From Candidatus Odinarchaeota archaeon (GTDB taxonomy: Archaea > Asgardarchaeota > Hermodarchaeia > Hermodarchaeales > Hermodarchaeaceae), in NCBI GenBank assembly GCA_048885185.1, contig JBHLQC010000001.1, forward strand, positions 1 to 44,753: a stretch of DNA of 44,753 bases, written 5' to 3'. Every line of letters begins with the position of its first letter. The stretch's first letter is position 1. Under the pieces are notes generated by a model, which did no database searches, had not been told where the DNA came from, and saw only the letters and a list, made by a program, of their open reading frames with translations. This document shows, piece after piece, positions 33,934 to 42,265 of the stretch. The position numbers were made by a program, and so were the translations under genes.

Positions 33934-35478
33934 TTGTCTGTAGAAGACTCTGATGTTCAATCTGCTATTACGAAACTGCTGAGAGCGGGATTTCAAATCA
34001 GCCCAGCAACATTGCAAATGCTTCAAAAAGTGTCTAACCCCCACCAAATTGTTGAGAAATTTCTCACCTCTGACGTTGTACACCCAACTGACACACCCGT
34101 TCTCGAACCAAGCCATTTTGACATCCCTCAGGAGAAACCATCAGATTCAATCCAAGAAGACCTGCCACAAGAACCCCAAATCCCTCAACTTACTCATCCT
34201 AGATTCCAAGCAGAGGGTGTAAAAGCGAGAATAAAAATCCGTAAGGATCCAACACCTCAATTACAGAGCAAAGGAACTGTAGAAGATTTCGTGTCAAATT
34301 TTCAGGATCGCTATTACCGTTTACGAGATATCATCTCACAACGGGTGGACGGAAAGGGAGTTATTGACATAAATGAGGTGGCAGAGGGAAATAACACTCA
34401 AGAAAAGGGAAAGACTCCCACTGTAAAAATTGTAGGATTAGTCACCAATAAAACTCCAACAAAAAGTGGAAATATTGCGCTCGAATTGGAAGATCCATCT
34501 GGAAGTATCTCTGTAATTGTTCAGCAACGTGATCCAAGCTTGTTTTCAAAGGCGCGTCTTGTGTTACTCGACCAAGCCTTATGCGTTGAGGGAGCTTTGG
34601 TTAGTTCAGAAATGATGATTGCTAATGATCTATTCTTACCAGATATTCCATCAAACAGAAGAAATAATCGAGCGACAGAACCGGTCAGTGCCCTCCTGCT
34701 ATCAGATATTCATTTTGGAAGCCGGAATTTTCTTGAAAAAATATTTCAACGAGTACTTGATTGGCTTCAAGGGAAAGAAGGTGATGAGGAACACGTTGAA
34801 CTGGCTAGCACTGTAAAATATATCGTCATTAATGGTGATCTTGTCGACGGTATAGGAGTCTACCCAAATCAAATTGCAGAAATTACACTCTTTGATCTTG
34901 ATAGTCAATTTGTCGGGCTAACCAAACTTCTTCAACAAATCCCCTCTCACATACATCTCTTAATTGCTCCAGGAAATCATGATGGAGTTCGATTGGCGAT
35001 TCCCCGACCTGCAATCGAAGACCGCTTTTTAGCTCCGTTAAAAGATTCGGGATTACAAGTAGCGTCTCTCGGGTGTCCTTCACACGTGAGCTTGCATGAT
35101 GTGAACTTGTTGATCTACCATGGTGATAGCCTCGTCGATATAATGGCTGCACTTTCAAAACCGGAGTTGGAAGCAAGTTTTGCAGCAATGAGAGAGATGC
35201 TCCGAGGACGCCATCTTGCTCCCATATATGGGAAGAGTACAACAATCGTTGCTGAACCACGAGATTGGCTCGTCATTGATGAGGTACCAGATATTCTTCA
35301 TTGTGGTCATGTCCATGTAACTAGCGTTGGCAGTTACCGAAAAACCCTGATTCTGAATTCAGGAACGTTTCAAAGCCAAACGGATTATCAACGATTGATA
35401 GGTATAGAACCTACACCCGGAATTGTTCCTCTTGTTAATTTGCAAACCCTCAATGTGAAAACATTGAATTTTACTTAG
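33934..35478 (+). CDS. polB: DNA polymerase II (PolD) small subunit DP1
   Basis: 514 aa with an OB-fold segment (VKIVGLVTNKTPTKSGNIALELEDPSG) and calcineurin-like phosphoesterase motifs (LSDIHFGS, NGDLVDG, PGNHD, YHGD, CGHVH). The start codon is TTG. Confidence 0.9.
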   Translation: MSVEDSDVQSAITKLLRAGFQISPATLQMLQKVSNPHQIVEKFLTSDVVHPTDTPVLEPSHFDIPQEKPSDSIQEDLPQEPQIPQLTHPRFQAEGVKARIKIRKDPTPQLQSKGTVEDFVSNFQDRYYRLRDIISQRVDGKGVIDINEVAEGNNTQEKGKTPTVKIVGLVTNKTPTKSGNIALELEDPSGSISVIVQQRDPSLFSKARLVLLDQALCVEGALVSSEMMIANDLFLPDIPSNRRNNRATEPVSALLLSDIHFGSRNFLEKIFQRVLDWLQGKEGDEEHVELASTVKYIVINGDLVDGIGVYPNQIAEITLFDLDSQFVGLTKLLQQIPSHIHLLIAPGNHDGVRLAIPRPAIEDRFLAPLKDSGLQVASLGCPSHVSLHDVNLLIYHGDSLVDIMAALSKPELEASFAAMREMLRGRHLAPIYGKSTTIVAEPRDWLVIDEVPDILHCGHVHVTSVGSYRKTLILNSGTFQSQTDYQRLIGIEPTPGIVPLVNLQTLNVKTLNFT

Positions 35479-36053
35479 AGTTGTTCGAATTCCCAAGATT
35501 CTAGCTGCAACGACTGGAGAACTCGAATAGCTTCATCCTTTTCTAAAATCAAGAATAGTTTCGCCACGTGTTTGCAGAATCGATGAAGTAAACTAACTTT
35601 TCGCCAGTCAGGGCAATTATGAGCAATCCGTCGGCTAGCTTCATCAAGGATGAGAACATAATCTTGAGATCCATGAACCGTAGCCTCCACTTTCAACGGA
35701 TTTTGAGAAACACGGATGAATTCAATAGCCTGATCGTTCATTCCCACTGCACGAGATAAACGGGATGAGCTAACAAATAATCGAAGATAATCACCCAAAT
35801 TTGTCACTGCTGTCTGAGTGGGGATTTCGGTATCAACCACCATTTTTTGAGACAACTTAACAAAACCATTTTCAATACTTATCTGCCCTTCAGATTGAAG
35901 GCGTTCAATGAGTTTAAGTGCCTCCGAAGGAGCCATTTTCCGTATATCAAAAGAAAGAAAAAATACTAACTGCTGAATTGGTACTTGATCTTTACCGAGT
36001 GCACGAAATGCATAATCCACAAGGCGAACTGGATTACGTGGTACACTAAACAT
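35475..36053 (-). CDS. Conserved-looking hypothetical protein with a C-terminal SWIM-like (HxC...CxH) zinc-finger motif
   Basis: 192 aa. The C-terminal HNCPDWRKVSLLHRFCKHV resembles SWIM CSCPDF...CKH with the first Cys replaced by His. It is positioned between DP1 and orc1/cdc6. Confidence 0.5.
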   Translation of the reverse strand: MFSVPRNPVRLVDYAFRALGKDQVPIQQLVFFLSFDIRKMAPSEALKLIERLQSEGQISIENGFVKLSQKMVVDTEIPTQTAVTNLGDYLRLFVSSSRLSRAVGMNDQAIEFIRVSQNPLKVEATVHGSQDYVLILDEASRRIAHNCPDWRKVSLLHRFCKHVAKLFLILEKDEAIRVLQSLQLESWEFEQL

Positions 36054-36075
36054 ACTGACAACCTTTTACGCGGTT

Positions 36076-37374
36076 CTATTTATCCGGGGTTGCTGGAACA
36101 TAACTTGAGAGAGCCTTAATACGACTATCTCGTTCTAATACATCTGCAATCATTGTTTTCGGGACACTTAACCGGATAATTTTGGTTCGTCCATATCGTC
36201 CTTTACTTACAACTTTAGCATTAACTACTCCAATAGCATCCAAATCATTGATGAGATCACTAACCCGACGCTGGGTTAAAGGATCCATACCTAACTGTGA
36301 GCAAAAGTCTCCGTACACATCTTGTACCTCTCCTGTAACTGGATGTGGATGTTTGTGACGTTCTAATACATACACAGCATAAAGGACAAGTTTCTGTTGG
36401 ACAGGTAATGTCCGTAGTACTTCAAGAACAGTATCACGTTCAATGCTTAAACGTGCCTTTTCAACATGATCAACTTTTACCTCTTTACTTCCCTCACGTT
36501 CAGCAATTTCTACTGCTACACGAAATAGATCAAGAGCCCGTCGTGCGTCACCTTCTTCACGTGCAGCCAAGGCAGCACATAGGTTGATTACTCCTGGTTC
36601 TTCTAAGATACCATTTTTCAGTCCATGAGAACTTCGACGCCGAAGAATATCTTGTAGTTGTAATGCAGTGTAAGGATGAAAAATGACCTTCTCCTCACTT
36701 AAGCTACTCAACACCCGAGGATCAAGATACTCAGGGAAGCGAAGATCATTGGAGATTCCGATTAAACTGACACGAGCACTCGTAAGATCATAATTAATTC
36801 GAGTCAACTTATAGAGCGTGTCATCACCGCTCTTCAAAACTAAACGGTCGATTTCGTCGAGTACAATAATGGTTAAGAGATCTTGGCTTTCTAGCAACTC
36901 GATCAGGCGTGAATGAACTTCATCAGTTGGCAGCCCTGTAAACGGAACTTTTTGACCCAACTCCGCACAGATGCGCGCCAATACACGATAATCTGTATCC
37001 ACATTCCGGCAATTCAAATATACAGCTTTGAAGGGTAACTGGAGTTCACCAAACTTAGTAGTTAATTCCCGGAGAACATACCGAGTCACTGCTGTTTTTC
37101 CAGTTCCTGGTTTACCATAGACAAAAACATTCGATGGGCGACTCCCCTTCAAGCCCGTCGCTAATATACCTCCGATTTGCGTAATCTGTTCTTCACGATG
37201 GGGAAGGTCATCTGGAACATAAGAATGCCAAAGAACTTTACGATCACGAATAAGAGTTGGACCAGTACTAAAACGTTCGAAAATCCTGTCCAAAGGCCGT
37301 GGGTCATCCATGTGATAGCTGTCCTCCAGGAGGCTCCCATAGGAAATACTAGCGTTTCTTTTGGAAGTGCACAC
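36076..37374 (-). CDS. cdc6: Orc1/Cdc6 replication initiator
   Basis: It has Walker A VYGKPGTGKTA, Walker B IIVLDEIDRL, the sensor block GDARRALDLFRVA, and a C-terminal winged helix. The track start is GTG 37374. ATG 37311 (MDDPRPLDRIF), with GGAGG 12 nt upstream, is more plausible. Confidence 0.95.
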   Translation of the reverse strand: MCTSKRNASISYGSLLEDSYHMDDPRPLDRIFERFSTGPTLIRDRKVLWHSYVPDDLPHREEQITQIGGILATGLKGSRPSNVFVYGKPGTGKTAVTRYVLRELTTKFGELQLPFKAVYLNCRNVDTDYRVLARICAELGQKVPFTGLPTDEVHSRLIELLESQDLLTIIVLDEIDRLVLKSGDDTLYKLTRINYDLTSARVSLIGISNDLRFPEYLDPRVLSSLSEEKVIFHPYTALQLQDILRRRSSHGLKNGILEEPGVINLCAALAAREEGDARRALDLFRVAVEIAEREGSKEVKVDHVEKARLSIERDTVLEVLRTLPVQQKLVLYAVYVLERHKHPHPVTGEVQDVYGDFCSQLGMDPLTQRRVSDLINDLDAIGVVNAKVVSKGRYGRTKIIRLSVPKTMIADVLERDSRIKALSSYVPATPDK

Positions 37375-37556
37375 ACCTCCAATATTAGGGTTTCGCAGAA
37401 ATAGTTCTTATCAACTATTCCTTTCAATAAACAAAGTTTAATTTGTTCACAATTGGCGCGTTACTTGTGAACTTCTATTATCATAAATTGATTTAGAGCT
37501 CGTTTTTCTCGTAAAAACAGCCAAATTTAGTATATTTTCTAATCAACAAACACTCA

Positions 37557-37577
37557 CCCCTTTATTTCCACTGGAAC
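37557..37577 (-). promoter_or_regulatory. Origin recognition box ORB1
   Basis: The plus strand reads cccctttatttccactggaac, which is GTTCCAGTGGAAATAAAGGGG on the minus strand. This matches my memory of the archaeal ORB (TTCCAGTGGAAA dyad plus G-string). Confidence 0.8.
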
Positions 37578-37882
37578 TATCCAATTAAGGCTTAAATTCT
37601 TAGAAATTGTAATGAACCCGTGAAGAAACTGTGAACACCTTCTAACTATGGAGAAATTCCTTGAAATAGAAAAAGAAAACCGGAGATAACGTATTTTACA
37701 TAACTAACCAAAACAATCAGAAGAACGCTTTAAATGATAATAGAACTGAAGCAAGTAGAACCAAATAATTAATCAGTGATGCAACACACTCTCTCTTCAC
37801 ACCGTCACACTTTTATTACTGTGAACACGCCTCTCTAGTGGGGACATGGAGAGCCAGCTAGTCACCAGTGGGTGACCCTCCC

Positions 37883-38338
37883 ATGAAAAAACGGAAACAA
37901 AAGATCACCATCGAAGGACTTACCATCGAAGGAAAAACTTGTGACGTAACTATAACTTTTACAGATGGATTACCCTCTTCCATCACCGAATCTTTGGTCA
38001 CAGCTCTCAGTCAATCCGGCACAGAGGTTCCGGCTCACGAGCCCACAACTGAGATACAATCCCTTGATGATGTGGATTCCTGGACTGTGTTTCAAAAAGT
38101 CCGATATATTACTCTTCGTCACTGTCGTCACGGCTGGTTCACTTCTAAAGATATCCAAGAACTCTATGAAAGATCCTTCCACCCACCTCTACGACTAGCC
38201 ACGGCCTCACAATACCTCAAAAGAATGCATGACAATGGTACTCTTACACGTCGTGGATCAGCTGCCCAACGCGAGTATAGAGTTAACATCGAAGACTTAA
38301 CAGAAGAAATTGCTGCTATCCTGGCTACAAAAGTCTAA
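37883..38338 (+). CDS. Small winged-helix protein encoded inside the origin
   Basis: 151 aa counted from ATG 37883; the track ORF starts at GTG 37868. The C-terminal WFTSKDIQELYE...LATASQYLKRMHDNGTLTRRGSAAQREYRV is wHTH-like. A GGTGA Shine-Dalgarno-like sequence lies 7 nt upstream of the ATG. Confidence 0.6.
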   Translation: MKKRKQKITIEGLTIEGKTCDVTITFTDGLPSSITESLVTALSQSGTEVPAHEPTTEIQSLDDVDSWTVFQKVRYITLRHCRHGWFTSKDIQELYERSFHPPLRLATASQYLKRMHDNGTLTRRGSAAQREYRVNIEDLTEEIAAILATKV

Positions 38339-38470
38339 AACAGATTTTTCAATTCCTTTGTCATATGAATAAAATTATGTACTATAGTTATAAACTTTTT
38401 AAGATTGATCAATTGTAGGTAAATTAACAGGGCCTCAGAGATCATTAGAAAACGGAAAATAAATGTCACT

Positions 38471-38490
38471 CCCCTTTATTTCCACTGGAA
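38471..38490 (-). promoter_or_regulatory. Origin recognition box ORB2
   Basis: The sequence cccctttatttccactggaa is identical over 20 nt to ORB1 and has the same orientation. Confidence 0.8.
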
Positions 38491-38674
38491 GTCGAAGGAC
38501 AAAAAAAGTTTGGTCTTGTTTATATATAATTCGAAGAATCTTCCCCAGTTGTTTTCTATTATTGTTATATTAATACTTTACCTTCTCTAACACGTTTTCT
38601 TTAATAGTATAGAAGCTGTTTTTGCGCATTTTCCACTTATTTGAAAGGGTAACAAAAAATCCGACTAAAAAGAA
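38491..38674. other. Putative duplex unwinding element between inverted ORB2 and ORB3
   Basis: This is a 184-nt non-coding stretch with about 29% G+C by my hand count (54/184). It contains tatatata and A/T runs and is bracketed by inverted ORBs. Confidence 0.6.
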
Positions 38675-38695
38675 GTTCCAGTGGAAATTAAGGGG
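38675..38695 (+). promoter_or_regulatory. Origin recognition box ORB3 (inverted relative to ORB1/2)
   Basis: The plus strand reads gttccagtggaaattaagggg. Confidence 0.8.
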
Positions 38696-38708
38696 TATAC
38701 CTAGTCTC

Positions 38709-39002
38709 CTAAGCTACCAGTTGATAGTATACAGAAGGCCTACCACGTTTACCGTTTCGTTCAACATACTTCTCAACAGTTCCGGAGATCAGTAAATTCA
38801 TTAAAGTATCATAGACAGTTGTTCTTGGAATCCCTGTCCTGACGGTAATTTCTCCACGTGTTAATGCACCTTGGTCTCGTAGTAGGCTAGTAATATGATT
38901 TTTGACATCGCCTACCTCAGGTGGACGAGTAGTTGTTCGGGTACGTTGTTTCGTTTTTTGGGTACTGTGGGATGTTCGTTGGGTGGTTCGGGTAGCAGCC
39001 AT
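38709..39002 (-). CDS. Small TrmB/MarR-like winged-helix protein with a basic T/R/Q-rich N-terminal tail, encoded inside the origin
   Basis: 97 aa. The tail is MAATRTTQRTSHSTQKTKQRTRTTTRPPE. The wHTH follows: LTRGEITVRTGIPRTTVYDTLMNLLISGTVEKYVERNGKRGRPSVYYQL. Confidence 0.65.
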   Translation of the reverse strand: MAATRTTQRTSHSTQKTKQRTRTTTRPPEVGDVKNHITSLLRDQGALTRGEITVRTGIPRTTVYDTLMNLLISGTVEKYVERNGKRGRPSVYYQLVA

Positions 39003-39057
39003 AATACCACAACTCTACGTCTAGATAATTTACGGTTATTTATATTAGTTGTGGATA

Positions 39058-39071
39058 ATTTCCACTGGAAC
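39058..39071 (-). promoter_or_regulatory. Mini-ORB4 (dyad core only, no G-string)
   Basis: The plus strand reads atttccactggaac, which is GTTCCAGTGGAAAT on the minus strand. TATCCAC follows in place of a G-run. Confidence 0.6.
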
Positions 39072-39139
39072 TTAATAAATTCAATGAAATAAATGAGTTT
39101 CAGAAAGTAGAAAAAAAGCGAACAACTAATGAAAAATGC

Positions 39140-41464
39140 TTATTGTATCCTGGATCGAGCGACAAGGGCCTGACCCACTGATGTTCCTGCGTCACCGGGT
39201 GGAACTTTGTTATGAACTAGAAACGTAAGACCTTGGTCTTCAATAGTTGTTCGTATAGTTCTTGTAAGAATCTTATTATCTGCAACTCCTCCGGAAAACC
39301 CAATTTTCGATATTCCTTGTTTTTGAGCTGCTTGAGTAGCAATTTCAGCCAGTGCATATCCAAGTACGCGATGTGCAGCATATGCCAGATCGGGAGCATT
39401 GAAGTCGTATTGAAGGTCCATAATTTGCTTAATGAAATTGCTAGTGTCTAAGATTGTTAAGTTACCTTGTTTTTTCTTGGGAATCTGTAGTTTTATTTTG
39501 GAGTTGGCTGAGCCCGTATTTGCAAAAGATTCGAATCGGATGGCAGGCTCACCTTCGTATGTGCGTGTATGACATACTTGGAAGAGTGCAGAAAGTGAAT
39601 CTAGTACTCTTCCTGTACTTGATGTCAGCGGAGTATTGATTTTCTGGTATGCTTGTTTGAGTGCTATTCTCAGCTCTGATGTACCCTGTGGTAAGGCGTT
39701 TTTTGCAATTCCTTTGAAATGATCATATAATTGGTCCTGTGAATAATGCCTTGACAGAATACCGATTAGCATACGGAGTGGGTAATGAGCAGCAAGATCT
39801 CCACCGGGCATGAGCTGTTGTTCCAGATGACCTACACGCTGGTACTTCTGTGCGTTACCTACAAGGATTTCGCCCCCCCAAATTGTATCATCAGGACCAT
39901 ACCCTGCACCATCGCAACAAATAGCGACGATTTCTTCATCCGCTTTGAGTTGGTGATCAGCTAATAGTGCCGCAAGGTGTGCATGGTGGTGTTGTACCCG
40001 GAAAAGTGGTATTTGGTGTTCATCAGATATTTTTTCGCCATATTGAGTTGTGAGAAAATCAGGATGTAAATCGCAGGCAATAGCATCAAAGGTATTTACT
40101 CGAAGAAGTTGTTGGAGATGTGTGAGGCTTTCTTGTAGAAACTGCATTGTCTCTACTGTATCAATATCACCAATGTGCTGTGTTAGATAGATTCGTTTAT
40201 TGTGATAGATTGCTCCAGTGTTTTTTTCCAACGCTCCAAGAGCGAGAATAGGAGGACCAATATTGGCGGTATCAATAGGTTCAGGAGTATAGCCTCTTGA
40301 ACGACGGACAATAAGTGCTTGGTCATAAATTGGAATGATAACCGAGTCATCACATCGTTGGTATATTGTACGGTCATGTGTGAGGAAGTAGTCAGCCATT
40401 TTCATGAATTGTTCTTGGAAGGTTGTAGCGTGGATGAGGGTCGGTAATCCCGCAGGATTTGCGCTAGTCATCACTAATGCAAGATCATCAAGACCTTCAA
40501 ATAATCGTAAATAGATTCCTGAATATGGAAGCATTACGCCAATTGTATTCAATCCAGGTGCTAGTGCTGTGGATAGTGGGAAAGGAGATTTTTGATCCAA
40601 GACTACTATCGGTCGGCGCCAAGAGATCAAGAGCTTTTCTTCATTCTGATTTACTTTTGCATACTGTCTGGTAGCTTGGAGATCTTTTGACATTATGGCC
40701 AAGGGTTTATTGGGTTTTTTCCGTAATTGGCGAAGTCGTTGAGTTGGTTCTTCAAGACTAGCTCTAACTGCAAGATGTATACCTCCTAAGCCCTTTACGG
40801 CAATAATAGCTCCTTCATTCAGAAGCTTCACTGTTTCTTTGAAAACGTCATCGACAATAACGGGTTCTCCACCAGATCCTAACAGTGAAAATTTGGGGCC
40901 ACAGATGGGGCAACAAATGGTTTGGGCGTTATATCTGCGGTCTAATGGATTATCGAACTCTTTTGTGCAATCTTTGCAGAGGGGAAACTCATTCATGGTT
41001 GTGCGTTCTCGGTCATAGGGTGTGTTAGTGATTGTTGTATAGCGTGGACCACAAATAGCACAACAGGTCATTGGATATTGATAATGTCTCGATTTCGGAC
41101 TAGCCATGTCTTTGATACAATCTTCGCACACAGCGATATCAGCTGGAATTACTGAACCACCTGCCTTCTGTTCGTCTTTAGAAATTCGAATCTGAAAGTT
41201 TGTATATTTCCCGGTTGGGGTTCCCCATATTGTGCGGATGCTGTCAATGACGGCAAGATATGGTTTATCTTTTTCAATGGATTCAATGAATTCAATAATT
41301 CTCTTCTTAGCGCCTTCTACAACTATCAAAACAGCAGAATTTCCAGTATTCAAAACGTATCCTAACAAACTACGCTGTGTGGCTTGAGCATAGATAAATG
41401 GACGGAAGCCTATTCCCTGTACAACGCCGACGACACGAATTTCTGCTTGTTGAATGTTAGTCAT
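39140..41464 (-). CDS. hypF: [NiFe]-hydrogenase maturation carbamoyltransferase HypF
   Basis: It has an acylphosphatase domain (IRVVGVVQGIGFRPFIY), two CxxC zinc-finger pairs (CEDCIKD...CAICGPRYT; CKDCTKE...CPICGPKFS), a YrdC-like domain and a Kae1-like domain. The track ORF extends to 41584, but that extension overlaps the divergent gene. ATG 41464 (MTNIQQAEIRV) fits HypF N-termini. Confidence 0.9.
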   Translation of the reverse strand: MTNIQQAEIRVVGVVQGIGFRPFIYAQATQRSLLGYVLNTGNSAVLIVVEGAKKRIIEFIESIEKDKPYLAVIDSIRTIWGTPTGKYTNFQIRISKDEQKAGGSVIPADIAVCEDCIKDMASPKSRHYQYPMTCCAICGPRYTTITNTPYDRERTTMNEFPLCKDCTKEFDNPLDRRYNAQTICCPICGPKFSLLGSGGEPVIVDDVFKETVKLLNEGAIIAVKGLGGIHLAVRASLEEPTQRLRQLRKKPNKPLAIMSKDLQATRQYAKVNQNEEKLLISWRRPIVVLDQKSPFPLSTALAPGLNTIGVMLPYSGIYLRLFEGLDDLALVMTSANPAGLPTLIHATTFQEQFMKMADYFLTHDRTIYQRCDDSVIIPIYDQALIVRRSRGYTPEPIDTANIGPPILALGALEKNTGAIYHNKRIYLTQHIGDIDTVETMQFLQESLTHLQQLLRVNTFDAIACDLHPDFLTTQYGEKISDEHQIPLFRVQHHHAHLAALLADHQLKADEEIVAICCDGAGYGPDDTIWGGEILVGNAQKYQRVGHLEQQLMPGGDLAAHYPLRMLIGILSRHYSQDQLYDHFKGIAKNALPQGTSELRIALKQAYQKINTPLTSSTGRVLDSLSALFQVCHTRTYEGEPAIRFESFANTGSANSKIKLQIPKKKQGNLTILDTSNFIKQIMDLQYDFNAPDLAYAAHRVLGYALAEIATQAAQKQGISKIGFSGGVADNKILTRTIRTTIEDQGLTFLVHNKVPPGDAGTSVGQALVARSRIQ

Positions 41465-41550
41465 CGGCGTCAACTCCCTTTGAATCGACAGAAGCGAAGT
41501 ATTAATTCTTTTGGAGTTATCATCAAGTAGTATATGCTTTTGGTTAGTGT

Positions 41551-42150
41551 TTGATGATGAGTGAATTTCGTGTCCCAACGCCAAAGGAACTACAAGAACT
41601 CCGAAAGAAAGTTGGTCTCACGCAAGAGGAACTTGCTGCACGTGTTGGGATTAGTCAGTCTTTAGTTGCACGAATTGAAAAGGGCCAGGTGAATCCAAGC
41701 ATTGTAACACTGAAACGAATTCTTAGTGCAATCGAAGATCAAGAGCAGGTTTCTCCAAGTTTACGCAAGCTGTTGCAGTGGAAAGGTCAAACTACAAAGA
41801 TGCAACAATTAATCGGGGTCAGCCCCGATGACAAAGTACGACGTGCAGTATTACTGATGAGGCGTCATGGAATATCACAACTTCCTGTCATTAAAAAGAA
41901 CAAATCTATTGGGTGTATTAGTGAAGGTACTATAATTCGAAAATTAATGGCCATGGATTCACAGAAAGTCTTCTCATTATCAGTAAATGAAATAATGGAA
42001 GAACCTTGTCCATCAATTGATATTAACGAGAGTGTTGAACTTGCGTTCTCTAAAATCGCTTCCGGCAGTGAGGCATTATTGATTGAGGATCAAGGACGTC
42101 CTGTGGGAATCGTCACTAAGATTGATATAATTGCATTTACACGGATATAG
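41551..42150 (+). CDS. XRE-type HTH plus CBS-pair domain regulator
   Basis: 199 aa with the HTH LTQEELAARVGISQSLVARIEKGQVNPS, followed by two CBS motifs (HGISQLPVIK..., ALLIEDQGRPVGIVTKIDI). Confidence 0.8.
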   Translation: MMMSEFRVPTPKELQELRKKVGLTQEELAARVGISQSLVARIEKGQVNPSIVTLKRILSAIEDQEQVSPSLRKLLQWKGQTTKMQQLIGVSPDDKVRRAVLLMRRHGISQLPVIKKNKSIGCISEGTIIRKLMAMDSQKVFSLSVNEIMEEPCPSIDINESVELAFSKIASGSEALLIEDQGRPVGIVTKIDIIAFTRI

Positions 42151-42265
42151 CACTTGACAACATAATAATTTCAATGAATTCAATAAATTTATCTAGTTTT
42201 ATGGTTTTAATACTATCAATAATCCTTATAATGCAGAACCTACATTTCTCCAAAATAACTGAGGC

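Larger units (their letters stand above)
37557..39071. other. Chromosomal replication origin (oriC) region: four ORB elements around an AT-rich unwinding element
   Basis: Four copies of the TTCCAGTGGAAAT core are present, three of them followed by a GGGG string. They lie adjacent to orc1/cdc6 and DP1. Confidence 0.85.

Noticed and set aside
41465-41584. 40-codon N-terminal extension of HypF in the ORF track
   Set aside because: It overlaps the start of the divergent HTH-CBS gene and has no HypF-like sequence. The acylphosphatase domain begins right after Met41.
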